The notes under the pieces were generated by a model. That model saw nothing but the letters and a program-made list of their open reading frames with translations. It was not told the DNA's origin and made no database searches. Of a stretch of DNA of 64,000 nt, positions 35,984-48,148 are shown piece by piece; the stretch's first letter is position 1, and each line of letters starts with the position of its first letter. Source of the stretch: Podospora anserina (taxonomy: Eukaryota); assembly GCA_017654855.1 (NCBI GenBank), contig CM030337.1:124001-188000 (forward strand). The letters are read 5' to 3'. The translations under genes and the position numbers were made by a program.

Positions 35984-36989
35984 CTATGCCTTCATAGGTG
36001 CAAGCTCCCTCCCCACAAGCCTCTCTTGGCTATCCTCACCCGAGCTGTAGACATCATCTGGCACGGGGGGCGCAATGGAAGCGTCGCCCCTCTTGATTTC
36101 AATAATCGAAATGACGGGCAGCAGCAACATCAACATACCCAACAGCTGGCCGAAGCTCCACGTCTTTTCCCCCTCATCAGACAACAGGACATCTGGTGTG
36201 CCAAACGCTTGGGAGAGGAGGTAGGCCCGCGTGGTGGCCCCGAAAGCAATGCCTGCCATGGCAACAATGCCCATGGCTTGTACCACGCGAAAGGCGCGTG
36301 ACTTTTGCCTCCTGCTCTGAAGATACCAGGTGGCAAGCCCAAAGATCAGGCAGTTCAAGGCTACCACGACCACGGTAGCTACCACGTCCAGGCCGCCCAG
36401 TCTAGTCGTATCAGAAGGGCGAGTCCAAGCACATGCGATGGGCAGGGTATCCGGCAGATCCTTGATCTTGGCCTGCAGCAAAAAGACGCCGTACACGATG
36501 GAGAGGAGCAGGTTGAGGAACATTAAAAGCTGTCTCATCCATCTGAGCACCCAGTCTCTCTTGAAGTCGTTTACCAGAGACAACAGCGCGGCGTTGTGGG
36601 TGGCCATGGACAAAAGAGAGAGCATCCAGATGATGAAGAAGTGATACGGGGAAAGCTGCCACGACTTGACCAACCCGACAGACTGCAGGCCGATGCCCAC
36701 GAGAATCTGCTGATCAGAGTAGCCCGAGAGCAGCTTTCTTCGGACGATGGAGGGGTTCCGGATACACTTTCTTGGCCACCGAACATCCTGGAGAATGAGA
36801 CTTGCAGCCATGCCTATGACAAGGAAGGCGGTAATTGTGGATGATAGCAAGACCTGGGGCCCACATTTTGTTAGCTAACTTGATTCAGCCAGGTAGTTGG
36901 ACTCGACTTACACCAGCTCCCGCTACACCGGCATCGCTTGCAATGCTTTCTGGAATGACATTGCAACTTCTGCCTGCAAAAGCCGCCAT
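35984..36989 (-). CDS. Multi-pass membrane protein of unknown function
   Basis: Exon 1 MAAFAGRSCNVIPESIASDAGVAGAG, intron about 36855-36911, then SDQQILVGI and WSFGQ motifs with about 7 hydrophobic helices. Confidence 0.8.
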
Positions 36990-37435
36990 TTTGCTTTTCG
37001 GCGGTTTTTTTTGGTTTGTTTTTTTATATCTTTTTCGTTCTGTGGGTTGGTGAGGAGAAAAGGAAAAGGAAAAAGAAAAAGAGGATGGATACACAAGAGT
37101 TGCGAAGAGTGGCAATTTGCTAAAAAGAGCGGAGGTGAAAACAAGAATTAAGGTTATTATATGCGTGCTGGGTGAAACAGATCGGCGGCCGACTGGTGTA
37201 CATGTAGATGCCAATCAAGTAGTGCGCCCCTTTGCGCATTGTCGCAGAAAAGGCCTGCTTGCCAAAGTCGGCGGTTATGGCTGGCAGCCAATGGGAAGGC
37301 TCCAATCTATATATAGGATGACGCAGATAAAAGAATTGACATCAATCAGTCCCATTGTGAGCATTGTGAGCATTGTGAGCCGCCCACGACAAATCTATTT
37401 TATATCGCTACTTCTTTTTGTAGACGCGGACGGTT

Positions 37436-39049
37436 TCAAAGAAATTCGTTGATGGCCTCCCAGAAGTCGCTCGCCGCCTCAGACATGGGCAAATGCCCGG
37501 CGTTGGGAACAATCTTGAGCTCTGCCCCCTTCTCGCCAAGATTGGCCTTGAAACCCTCCATAGCCTTGACCAGAGCGCCCTTGCCATCGCCATCGCCCAC
37601 AACGAAGAGAGTGTTGACCTTGCATCCCTTCATTTCCTCTCTCATGTTGTAGCCCCAGAGTGCCTGGCAGCTGTACTTGAAGCCCTCGACGTTGTTTCCC
37701 GCCACCATGTCAGTCATCCACTTGGCAATCTCAGGCTTCTCAGTCATGGTGTGAGGATGGAACCATCTCTCCACCGTCACACCGGCCAGGTCCCGGATGT
37801 TCTTCTCAGCCACCACAATGCGGTCCTTCCAGGCAGCTGTGTTGGCATCAGAGCTGGCAACGTTGAAGTCGCAGGCCACGATTCTGTCCACCAGCTCGGG
37901 GTACTTGAGCGCAAACTTGAGCGTGGTGGCACCGCCCATAGAGACGCCGATCAAAGCATGCAGCTTTTCAATCCTGAGGCCCTTGAGAAGAGTCTGGAGG
38001 TCGTCGGCAAGCATGTCCAACGTCGCCGGAACAGGAGGCAAGGGAATCTCATGTCTGCCGCGGGTGTCATATCTCAGGATGCGCAAGTCGGGACGCGCAG
38101 CCTTCAGAATAGCCACCAACTCATCCCACATGTGGTAGTCTGTCAACAGAGAGTTGCTGAACGCCACGATGGGGGCCTTGGGCGAGACGTTGCCCTCTAA
38201 CCGGTAGCGGATCGTGAGCCCATCCTTGGCATACACATAGGCATTCACAGCCGCCGTATCCTTCCCAGGAACCGTCTCAATCTTGCCGTCTTCCCACTTG
38301 AAACCCTTGCTCTCGGGGAGCTTGCTCAGTGTCTCCAGCTCTCTTGGGCCCGGTCCAAACACGTAGAACAGCTCATACGTCCGCCTGTGCTTGGCCGCGA
38401 TCCACTTGTCAAACACCTCAGTCCGCCACTTGGTGTCCATGGACGCCTTGTGCTCCTCCCCTCCCAGCCCATTCACCTTTTCATATTCATGCAGCGTCAC
38501 AATTCTGACCTTGTCACCTCCCTCGATCAAGGAGGGAGTCCGGCACACCCTGCTCCTCAGCCAGCCCGGAATCTTGCTCAACATGGGAATGTGCTCCTCC
38601 AGGTACCACTTGGTGATCTCCTTCTCCCCTTGCTCCCCGCCCTTGACTTCAACCTCGACGGCGATCAGGACCTGTCCCTCGGCCTCCCGATCGCTCAAGT
38701 CCTCAATCTTGGTGAAGCCCTCCTTGGCCTGTTCTCCCAGCAGGTCGAAAAATCTCCTGTCGACGTCCACTTGGCCAATGGTCTCGCCTTCCCGCTTGGT
38801 TCTGTTCTCTCTCAGCTGCGTGTAGACGGGTGTTTCCAAATGGCGCATTTCGGTGACGTCGTAAATGGCCAGGAACTCGGGCTTCAGAGAGTCGGTGGCC
38901 CGGTAGCGGAAACCATTCGGGAAAATATGCGGCAGCCGGAGCCGGGTCGGGCCGTGCTCGTTTTGGTACCACTCATGGAACTGGTTGAGGAACTCCTCGT
39001 CGTGGCGACGGGGCTCCATGGTGACGTACAAGAGGCCGGGATTGGACAT
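37436..39049 (-). CDS. Two-part enzyme: duplicated EthD-like barrel plus 3-oxoadipate enol-lactonase-type alpha/beta hydrolase (probable carboxymuconolactone hydrolase/decarboxylase)
   Basis: N-terminal repeats FHEWYQNEHGP and KWYLEEHIPML; C-terminal FSNSL, LRYDTRG, nucleophile GVSMGG, AGHLP. Confidence 0.8.
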   Translation of the reverse strand: MSNPGLLYVTMEPRRHDEEFLNQFHEWYQNEHGPTRLRLPHIFPNGFRYRATDSLKPEFLAIYDVTEMRHLETPVYTQLRENRTKREGETIGQVDVDRRFFDLLGEQAKEGFTKIEDLSDREAEGQVLIAVEVEVKGGEQGEKEITKWYLEEHIPMLSKIPGWLRSRVCRTPSLIEGGDKVRIVTLHEYEKVNGLGGEEHKASMDTKWRTEVFDKWIAAKHRRTYELFYVFGPGPRELETLSKLPESKGFKWEDGKIETVPGKDTAAVNAYVYAKDGLTIRYRLEGNVSPKAPIVAFSNSLLTDYHMWDELVAILKAARPDLRILRYDTRGRHEIPLPPVPATLDMLADDLQTLLKGLRIEKLHALIGVSMGGATTLKFALKYPELVDRIVACDFNVASSDANTAAWKDRIVVAEKNIRDLAGVTVERWFHPHTMTEKPEIAKWMTDMVAGNNVEGFKYSCQALWGYNMREEMKGCKVNTLFVVGDGDGKGALVKAMEGFKANLGEKGAELKIVPNAGHLPMSEAASDFWEAINEFL

Positions 39050-39763
39050 TTTGTCTGTTGAAAATGCAGAACAACAAGTGAGGTGATGTTGACGGTGCAA
39101 AGTTGAATTGAAAAAAAGATCGATATATATATGTCAGTCACCAAATGCTTAAAGTATGTGCCAAGCGTGACGTTGACCCGACTCAATCACATCCTCGCTC
39201 ACTCACAGTTTCGGCAGTCAAAACGGAACGCGAACAGAGAAAGTGGAGTTTGCTGCTCTCGGCTCTTGTTCCCGGGGTTCCAAAAATACTGAGGCAAAGC
39301 GTTTTTCCGCTGCAGCTGTTTTTGCACTTGGGTGGGTGGGGCTGCAGCTTCCAGGATGACTGACGGCCAAGTGCATTGAGGAAAAAAGAAAAGGGGTTGA
39401 AAAGGGGGTTGATGATAAGAAATGGCGATTTTGTTTTACGCTTACTTCTGTATGACCTCAGAATACACTAGACTACAATCATATGACCCAATGGATGTTG
39501 ATATCCACGACTGACCAACCGACCGGGGCTTTTGTCTGCCCCATTGTGTTTTTTTTGCCAAACCCGATGCTCGCAGCCCTATGCTTCCATTCCCGGCTGC
39601 CACAATGTTGAAGATGCAAAGCCCTCGAACCAACTCAGGCACCTAGTTGGCTCAACCGTGAGTTCAAAAACCAAAAATGGCCCCGTCAGTACGCCTGCTC
39701 GATCCCACCTTCCCTTGCATTGTGTACATTGTTAAAAAAAAAAAGCACCCGCCGTGCACCATC

Positions 39764-41092
39764 TTACGCTTCTCCCCAAACCTCATCAGCAATCTGGCGA
39801 ACAAGTGCCAACTTCTTCTTCTCGTCCTCCTCGCTGAGGGGGTAGCCTGTCTCATGGGTACTGAAGCCGCACTGAGGGCTCAGGGCAATGCGCTTAAGAG
39901 CCTCCTCACGTGTCTGTCTACTGCCTTCAGCCACGAAGTCGGCGGCCTTGTAGATGCGCTGTTTGATTTCCTCCTTATCTTCCAGATCACGCAGCTTGGT
40001 GCTGATGGCACCAATGACCACATGTCGATCCTTGGGGAGGTACTTCAGAGGCTCAAAACCGCCAGCACGTTCGGTGTCGTACTCGAGGTAGAAAGTGTTG
40101 ACCTTGAGATCGGTGAACAACTTCTGGGCAATGATATCATAAGCGCCCTCGGCAAAGTGGCGGCCGCCGATAAAGTTGCCTCGGCAGAGATGCACACCGG
40201 TGTGAAAGTCAGCGGGGAGCTTGCTGATGGAGTCGTTGTAGAGCTTGATGTAAGCGTCCAAAAGATCATCCACCGTGCCAATGTTGTCCTTGTCCTCCTC
40301 CCATCCTTGACGGAACTTGTCGGAGCAAAAGTCTACACACATCCCAGCATTGTTAGTCTTTGGGCATGTGTCGAAGACTGGAGGGAAACTCACAAGCAAG
40401 GCCAGGGTCGTCAAACTGGACATTTCTGAGGCCAGCCTTGTACAGAACATCAAGCTCGGCCTGGTACACCTTTGCAACGTCATCAAAGTACTCGGCATCG
40501 TTAGCGTACGCCTCCTTGGTGTAGGCTCGGCCTTGCTTATATCTCATGTGGAACCTGAACACGTCTGTCAGTCGTCCATTTCCTAGTAACACCAACGCAT
40601 CCCAAAAGAAACCTACCAGGCAGGAGTGATCATTGTGAGCTTGATGTCGCCCCACTCGCTCTCGGGCACAAACTTTTGGACCAGGCGGAGCTCATGGAGG
40701 TTAGAGACCGACTTTGCTGGGTTGTAAGACAGCTTTGAGCCGGCAATGACCGAGTCTCCCGGCATGACCTTGCGGTCTTGCTCGATCAAGCTGACGACGT
40801 CTGGGTGATAGAGACGGAACATGGATGCCTCGGCGTCCTGGAGACGGATAGTGCCCTCAAACTCGTCCCACATGAGACCCCAAAACCTAGTGCGGTTGTA
40901 TTCACCACTCGTGACAGCCTTGAAGCCAAGGTCTTGCTGAAGCTTGACCACATGCCCGACCGCCTTCTCCTCGACGGTAGGAAGGCCAGCCTGCTCCTCA
41001 CTGAGCCCCTTCTCGCGGATGGCCTCTCGCACGTCGAGGAGCTCCTGAGGCCGCAGGAGCGAGCCCATATGTTCTGCACGGAAAGGCGCCAT
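39764..41092 (-). CDS. Single-barrel cobalamin-independent methionine synthase-like protein (MetE C-terminal/YxjH-like)
   Basis: PFRAEHMGSLLRP, TSGEYNR, VQFDDP, Zn ligands HLCRGN, YLEYD, LSPQCGF; introns near 40555-40616 and 40333-40395. Confidence 0.88.
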
Positions 41093-41655
41093 GTTACTGT
41101 GTCTGTGGGGGCTGGCTGAGAAGTAATTCCTGGGACGCTTCGGGGTTCACTCAAAAACACAAAAGGAGAAGAAAGGAGAAGAAAGGAGAAGAGGGAGGGG
41201 AAACCAGGAGGCCGTGAAGGAGGGGCGGGAAAGGTAGATGAGTGTGGACGGGAGCGGGGTTCCATATGGTCAGACTGTGACCTCCACTGGGGTTGATGGG
41301 TAGGGGCGAGGCGGATGATACAACAACGCGTGCATGGCTTCCGGCATATCCAATTCAGCCAGGCCGTGGCGCCTGTTTAACTGGCTGGCCATTCCACAGC
41401 CCCCATCTTTCCCATGCGAGAAGGGCAGCCCGGCTGGGTGGAAGAAACCGAGGGCGGGGTTTGGAGTAGGTGGAGAGGCGGGGTGGAGATCAGGGGTGGG
41501 CTCTTTGCCCCAACTATTGCGGGCCAAGATTGCAACCATTACAACTTCATGCTGAATCGGGATTGAATGGAAGCGCCGAGGGAGAGGGAAAGCAGAAGGG
41601 TGTGGTAATCGAGAGGTCGAGTTGCTGGTTCGTTGATCAGTTTTATAGCGTGTTT

Positions 41656-41707
41656 TGTGCCATGCTGGGATGTGCCATGCTGGGATGTGCCATGCTGGGA
41701 TGTGCCA
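41656..41707. repeat. Tandem 15-mer (TGTGCCATGCTGGGA)x3.5
   Basis: Read directly; lies in the divergent intergenic region between the MetE-like gene and the RdRP. Confidence 0.9.
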
Positions 41708-42398
41708 ATGCTTTGGCAGCAGTCGTCAGTGGGAGTGGGAATAACCTCAGTCAGAAGCATGCCATCACCAGTCAACATCTGATGAACGACCAGGTCACTA
41801 TCAACACCAACAGAAAATTCCACTGCGGATGTCAAAAAAAGCGCCGACTTGCATGAGCCAATGAGAGCAGCACATACCACTTTTGACCCACTGCTTCAAA
41901 CAGACAACCGAACTCCACGATCTCTTGTCTACGTGGAAGCACAGCCCCAAATACTTGCTGTAAAGAAGATGCCTCTCGACTATTTTCAAATCTCTCTCGC
42001 CTTGAAACTTTTCTGGATTAGATATCTTTAGATCCCTCTCAATTAAGTATCTTTGGATTCCTCTTATCCAACTTTAAAAGGCATAATGTTGTGTATATTT
42101 GGCCCCATTAACTATCTTTCAGGGCCGTTATCCATCATATTGGTCTTCATTCTTTTGTTTGTGGCGTGGCGAAGGGATAGCAAAAACATCTGCTGTCGGC
42201 CTCAGTGCATATGCAGTTGCCTGGAGGGGGAGCTGCACACTTGGACATGCAATGAAAGCAAACAACTCGAGGTCATTGGGCCATGGGCAGCAGCTACCCG
42301 TGTAAAAGTTCGAGGTCGCAAGCCATTGCTGCTCAATGCATTTCTCATTTTCTCCCTTTCTTCTCATCTTTTATCTGCTCAGTGAACCAGCAATTGCA

Positions 42399-45300
42399 AT
42401 GGAGATTCATATACCAAACATTCCCGCGGATTTGACTTTCAAGTCATTTCAGCGCCTCATTGAACCAATCCTCAACAGCCTTGGTATTGTCGATTACCTC
42501 TGTGAAAAGACACGTAACAAAAGGTACGCCAACATCACATTTCTCGAGCCGAGTGACGGGAACCGCTTCCTATCAATCTATGGCCCTCACGGAAAGCCCT
42601 TGTCGATGCTGGGCCATGCTGTTCGCTGTCGGTTGAGCAACAAGGGACCGGATCAAACGACATTGAAGGTAATCAGGCATGCGATAGACGAACGTCAAAG
42701 ACGCAAGTCAAAGGCCCATGTCCAGCCCCGGCCAAAGTCAGAACCGCTCCAGGCTTCATGTCTAAGCTGTGGCTTGCACACATTCGTCGATGGAAGATTC
42801 TCGTTTGTTTCGGAGTGGGATGCTCAGGAGGGCTGCTTGGTTCGCTTTACCAAGCGGCATCTCATCTTCAAACTGACAGATAGAGGCATCGATGTCCGCA
42901 TCCCACGCAATGCCATCGTTCAACTGGTCTGGTCGGAGAGCGGCAGAGCGTCTGTTACCCTGTCACAACCCCCTATTATCCTAGCCAAACGGTCCCCTGA
43001 GAAGTCAGACGTAATAGAGCTCGATGGCCTTGGTTCTATTCATCTTGATTTTAGCATATTCGCAGATATATTCTCTCGTCAACAGGCAAAGCCCGAGCCA
43101 CGACAGCGACTCACTGCTATTGACGATGGCCACAGCAATATTTCCGCATTTTGTCTCGTCTATCACTTCCAAATCACCGCAGCATCCATCGGCACACATG
43201 GCGCCGGCGAACACTTTCACAAAGAGATGTGGAACATTACAGAGAAGGAGCCCTATCAGGTCACGCGAGCTGATATCAAATTCTATCATGCATCTGACCT
43301 CCCGAGGCTGGGCCGCTTTAGTGAAGCTCTGACTCGTCTCAACAACCAGCTTGACTCGTACACGACAAGTAATGACTTGCCATTCGGTATTTTGTTTTTG
43401 CTCCAAGCTCTTGTCTATAACTGGTGTGTGGAACTGGCGCCGGCTATACGGTTGTGCACATAGGCAGTGACTGACATCTTGTAGTTATCTTCATCCAACA
43501 ACGGTGCAGGCCGTGGCTAGAGAACTTCTCGGCCGTTCCAACATCTCGATTGACGCCTTCAGGAAGCTTTTCGACTGGATCGACTACCCGGCACCTGAGA
43601 GCAATCCAAGACAGTTCGAAGTAGATGGGATCATTGAAAGCCTCGATGTCGCAGAAAGACAAGTCCACGAAGCCCAGCTCATGAGGGCGGAGCTGTTCAA
43701 CGACAATGAAAATTCGACACGCATATTTCGTGTTTCAATCTCTCCCATGCGTATAACCCTCCACGGGCCAGAACTGGAGACTAAAAACAGAATCCTCAGA
43801 AAATTTGACGGCAAGGCCAACTTCTTTTTCCGAGTCCAACTCTGCGATGAGAACGGCCAGGATTTGCTCTTCAACCCCACCATCTCACTTGACACTGTTT
43901 ACAGTCGGTTCAAGTCAATACTACGCAAAGGAATTGCAGTCGCCGGCAGGCAATACAAGTTTCTGGGCTTTTCCCACTCTTCGTTGAGAGCCCATTCACT
44001 GTGGTTCTCAGCCCCGTTCTACCACGAGGGTAAATTGCAAATCCCCGAACACATCATCGAGCAGCTGGGCGACTTTGCGCCCATTAGATCACCGGCTCGC
44101 TGTGCTGCTAGGATTGGTCAAGCGTTTACCGAAACGCCATACTCCGTGTCCCTTGTAGACAATGGGGTCCAAACGAGCGAAATCCCGGATGTGGAAAGAA
44201 ATGGCAGGGTGTTTTCCGACGGGGTGGGGGTGCTTTCACCCCAGGCAGCAGAGGCAATCCATGATGCTATCCCTGAATCCAAGGGCGAGCCGACCTGTTT
44301 CCAGATCCGATGGGCCGGGGCCAAAGGAATGCTTTCTCTGGACACGGAGCTCGAGGGCAGTCAGATCTGTATCCGGCCGTCCATGAAAAAGTTCGAGTCA
44401 CCCGACGAAGCAAACCTGGACATCTGCGACATGGCTTCCAAGCCAATACCAATGATGCTGAACCGCCAAATGATCAAGATACTGGAAGATATGGACGCAC
44501 CACCCTGGTGGTTTTTGGAGCTGCAGAGAAAGGAAGTTAACCATCTACGTGCCATCACGAGGACCGTTTCCAGTACGGCCAGCTTCCTGGCCATGAAGGA
44601 TATCGGGGAGAGTATTCGTCTCCCACACCTCCTCCGGCAGACCGAGGCCATGGGGGTTGACTACCACCAAGATCTGTTTCTTCGCAGTGTGGTGGAGATG
44701 GCCCTGCTGAAGGAGATCAAGTTGATCAAACACAAGGCACGCATCCCTGTCCCCAAAGGTATCACTCTGTTTGGTGTCATGGATGAGACGGGTTTTTTGC
44801 AGGAAGGCCAGGTGTATGTGAGCTTCGACACCATGCAAGGTCGGTACCACGAGCCTCCAGAGTGTCAAAAGGTTGTAATAACCAGATCCCCGGCACTGCA
44901 CCCCGGCGACATCCAGCTCGCCCACCACGTCATCCCTCCCGAGGGCCATCCTCTCCTGGAGCTCCGCAACTGTGTCGTGTTCAGCCAGCGGGGGGACAGA
45001 GATCTGCCCAGCATGCTCTCGGGGGGAGACCTCGACGGGGATATCTACAACATCATCTGGGATGAGGCAATTGTGAGCCAAGTCAGGTCATTTTCACCAG
45101 CCGACTACCCACGCCTACCGATCGTGGAGCTTGGCAGAAAGGTGGAAGCAGATGATATGATTGATTTCTTTGTCGACTTTATCAGCCAGGATTGCTTGGG
45201 TGTGATCGCAACACGGCACATGATACTTGCAGACCTCGCACCACAAGGCACGCGTGATAGCGACTGCGTTAAACTGGCCGAACTCCATTCCCAGGCCGTG

Positions 45301-46205
45301 GACTTTTCCAAGACAGGGAGGGCGGTCAATCTTCGCGAGCTTCCCAAAACCCCCAGACAAGGACGACCTCATTTGTGCGTGCATCACCAAAACTGTCTCG
45401 ATGTCTGCCTACATGAACAGGTTGTGCTGACGTGTATCAGTCTTGCCGCAGGGTCCCAAGTGCTCGTCCAAGAAAAAGTAGATGTTGAGTTGCTTGATGA
45501 ACAGGGAGGTGATGAGGATGATGACGACGACGAGGCCGATCAGGATGGGCCGCGTCATAGCTATTACCGCAGTGACAAGATCCTAGGGCAACTATACGAT
45601 GCCGTCGACGAGGAAAAGATATGGCACCAAGACATACAACTGCCACGTTTGAGCCCCAATGACAATGCATTCTGGCGCCAGATGCTGGTGGTCCTGGAAC
45701 AGCGCGTGGCAGCGGCTTCAAAGGTCAACTGCAAGTGGCGGAACCGCTTGGACGAGGCGCATGGAGTTCGCCATACGTCAGTATTTTTCTTCCCTGCGTA
45801 CATGATATGCTAACTGATTTCTACAGGTATGAGGATGCCATGTACGACATCATGGTGAATTATTCCGACCATCCATTCAAGCCCCTTCGTGAGACGGAAG
45901 TGTTTTCGGGATTTATTGTCAGCAAGACCGGGTCTGCAAGCCGCCGCCAACGCGACAGGTCCATCAAGATGAATGACGAGTTTGAGCGTGTGTCCAAGTT
46001 GGTTATGACGACCATGCACAAAGGGCCTGGTGCCCTGGAGCTGTGTCTGGCGTGTGTGCACGCTGGACTGGTGGTAAAGGAACCTCGAGGTAGGCAAGTC
46101 TGGCACCGAGGCTCATCTGATGATATCGTGAGCTTTCGGATTGTGGCGGCGTCGGCGTTGCTACAAGAGCTCAACGCCCTCGAGAGCAATGATTGTTTAG
46201 TTTGA
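42399..46205 (+). CDS. Eukaryotic RNA-dependent RNA polymerase of RNA silencing (RRP-3/SAD-1-like, not QDE-1-like)
   Basis: N-terminal RRM-like region; FLGFSHSSLR, ARIGQAF, FSDGVG, FQIRWAGAKG, RSPALHPGD, catalytic GGDLDGD, LHSQAVDFSKTG; three introns near 43424-43484, 45375-45440 and 45777-45826. Confidence 0.92.
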
Positions 46206-46428
46206 TATATTCCGCGAGTTAAAGTAGGTAGTCTGTTCTTTTCATATACAAGTTTGGAAAACAACTCAGCAGCACCGTGATATTATCATCTAAAGTCGGG
46301 CAGAATTCATGGGGTGATAGGTTCAAAGGCCGGAAGCATAATTATATTCTTATAGAAATAGCTGTCCCATCCATGGAGGTTTCATATTCATGCTCGTCAT
46401 CAAAACATTTCGATCCGTTGGCTTCATA

Positions 46429-47718
46429 TCACTCAGATGAAAGCCTATGCTCCACACTTGGAGGGTATGTCCACGCAACCGACCACAGCATGAGCTTATA
46501 AATGGCTCTTTTGAACAATCCAGCGTTTGGCTTTTTTCTTGGTGTCAGATCTGGGGTCGAACACAGAATCACGACATTGCCCATGACGTTGAATAATCGA
46601 AACACTCTGGAGTGTCACTCACCATTAGCAAACCAAGCTGTTTTCAGGGTTGGTGGGATCAAAACTTACAAGTTCAACCCAAACAAGGCCAGCGCCGCCT
46701 GCATTGCCGCATCAACGTCCCTCTCCGGGTGGTTCACGATCTGCATGCTGATGTAGTAAACGGGCGGGATCCAGCACCCCAAGATGGCAAGCTCCAACAA
46801 GAGGGTGTATCGGTATGCCCGCTTCCTGCTGCCTCGGAAAAACAGGAAGCCCATGACGATCCACAGCAGCAGAAACGACGTGACGGACGGTGCAAAAACC
46901 ATGACTGCCCCTCTCCAGTACCGCCAGCTCAGCCCGGCTCCCGTGATGCCGAGGGTTAGTTGAACCCAGCCCAGTATGAAGAAAAACAAGAGGCTGTTGT
47001 TGTAGCTACGATAACAGTTGCCCTTGTGAAAAGGACGGCCATCTCTCCTGATTCCTGGACTGTTTGGATCGGGAGGCCCGGCCACGCCTTCGTGATTCCG
47101 TATCGGTCTTCCACACCAACGGCATATCTGAACCACGTCCTCGGTGCCCAATTTCACCCTCTTCCCAATCTTTAATCTCTCATCGTTGGCCACCAAGGCG
47201 CAGTCGACGCACTGGGATGCCAAAGGCCACCCCTCATCCTCGTGACTACAAGAGAGCAGGTTAGAGCGGAAGGGGTCATGCACCAGGCACGTCTTGCAAT
47301 GCTGAAGGAGGAGGGTCGTCAGTTGCTCGCGGCCAAAGAGGATGCGCAGCTGGGGAGGTGAAGCGAGGGTGTGGAAAAAGCGACATGTCTTTCGGAGCTC
47401 CAGGATAGACACAAAGTTCAGATGGCGCAGAATGTTGTTCAGCAGCTCAGTGGGTAGGGCCAGCAGGTGGAGTGGAGGTTTCTCATGACTGTCTTTGCCG
47501 GCCGACGATGCTTGACTATCTGGCGGGTGAGGGGTAGAGTTTGGTTTGGGTTGGATGGCGATGAGACGAGTGATTTGAGCATGTCCATCCTCGGGCTTTC
47601 TGGCGTGCTGTTTTTCCTTGTTGGCGAGAGACGTCAGCGAGCGTCGGACCGTCGTGATGATGGATGAGAAGGGAGCTCCAGCTCCAGGCCCCACATCAGA
47701 CGTAGCTGTTGTGGCCAT
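46429..47718 (-). CDS. F-box protein with Cys/His-rich region and C-terminal TM helices
   Basis: F-box LLALPTELLNNILRHL...LRKTCRFFH; CKTC, CVDC, CRWC; four hydrophobic helices; intron about 46608-46669 adds a last exon ending ...HRLSSE*. Confidence 0.75.
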
Positions 47719-48148
47719 CCCGTCTCGGGCAAGCGTGAGCGTGCTTCGACGTTCCCAGATGCCCCCAAAAACAAAAGAATCCAAAATGAATCAAGATTCA
47801 TGGGTGGCCCCAAAGGGCGCTACAAATGGAATGTTTTGTTGATGAGTGAGGGGTGTTAAATCAGGCAAGCAGGCGGGCGGGCGGCACTGAGGCAGGACAT
47901 CAATGAAAGCCAGAAAAGTGGGACCACGGGGCAGGTGGGGCTTTGGGCTGAACACTTAGCATATCCGCCCACTGATACAGCCTGCCAGCCCAGGTTGACA
48001 CCAAAACACCAAACACCCCGACACCCGTACGTTACACAGAAGCAAGTGGCAAAAGTACAGAGATCTTCTTGGATTGGCCTTTCTACTCCGCATTTCCTAC
48101 ATTTTCTACATGACATCCAAATACCTTATTCCCAAACTCCGATCACTG

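Noticed and set aside
9924-46205. Possible defence island (HET, GH24 lysozyme, AtrB, RdRP)
   Set aside because: Interspersed with housekeeping and transport genes; no shared boundaries, compositional shift or mobile-element ends.
42399-46205. RdRP as an endogenised viral polymerase
   Set aside because: It has the cellular DLDGD motif and introns, not the viral GDD palm motifs.
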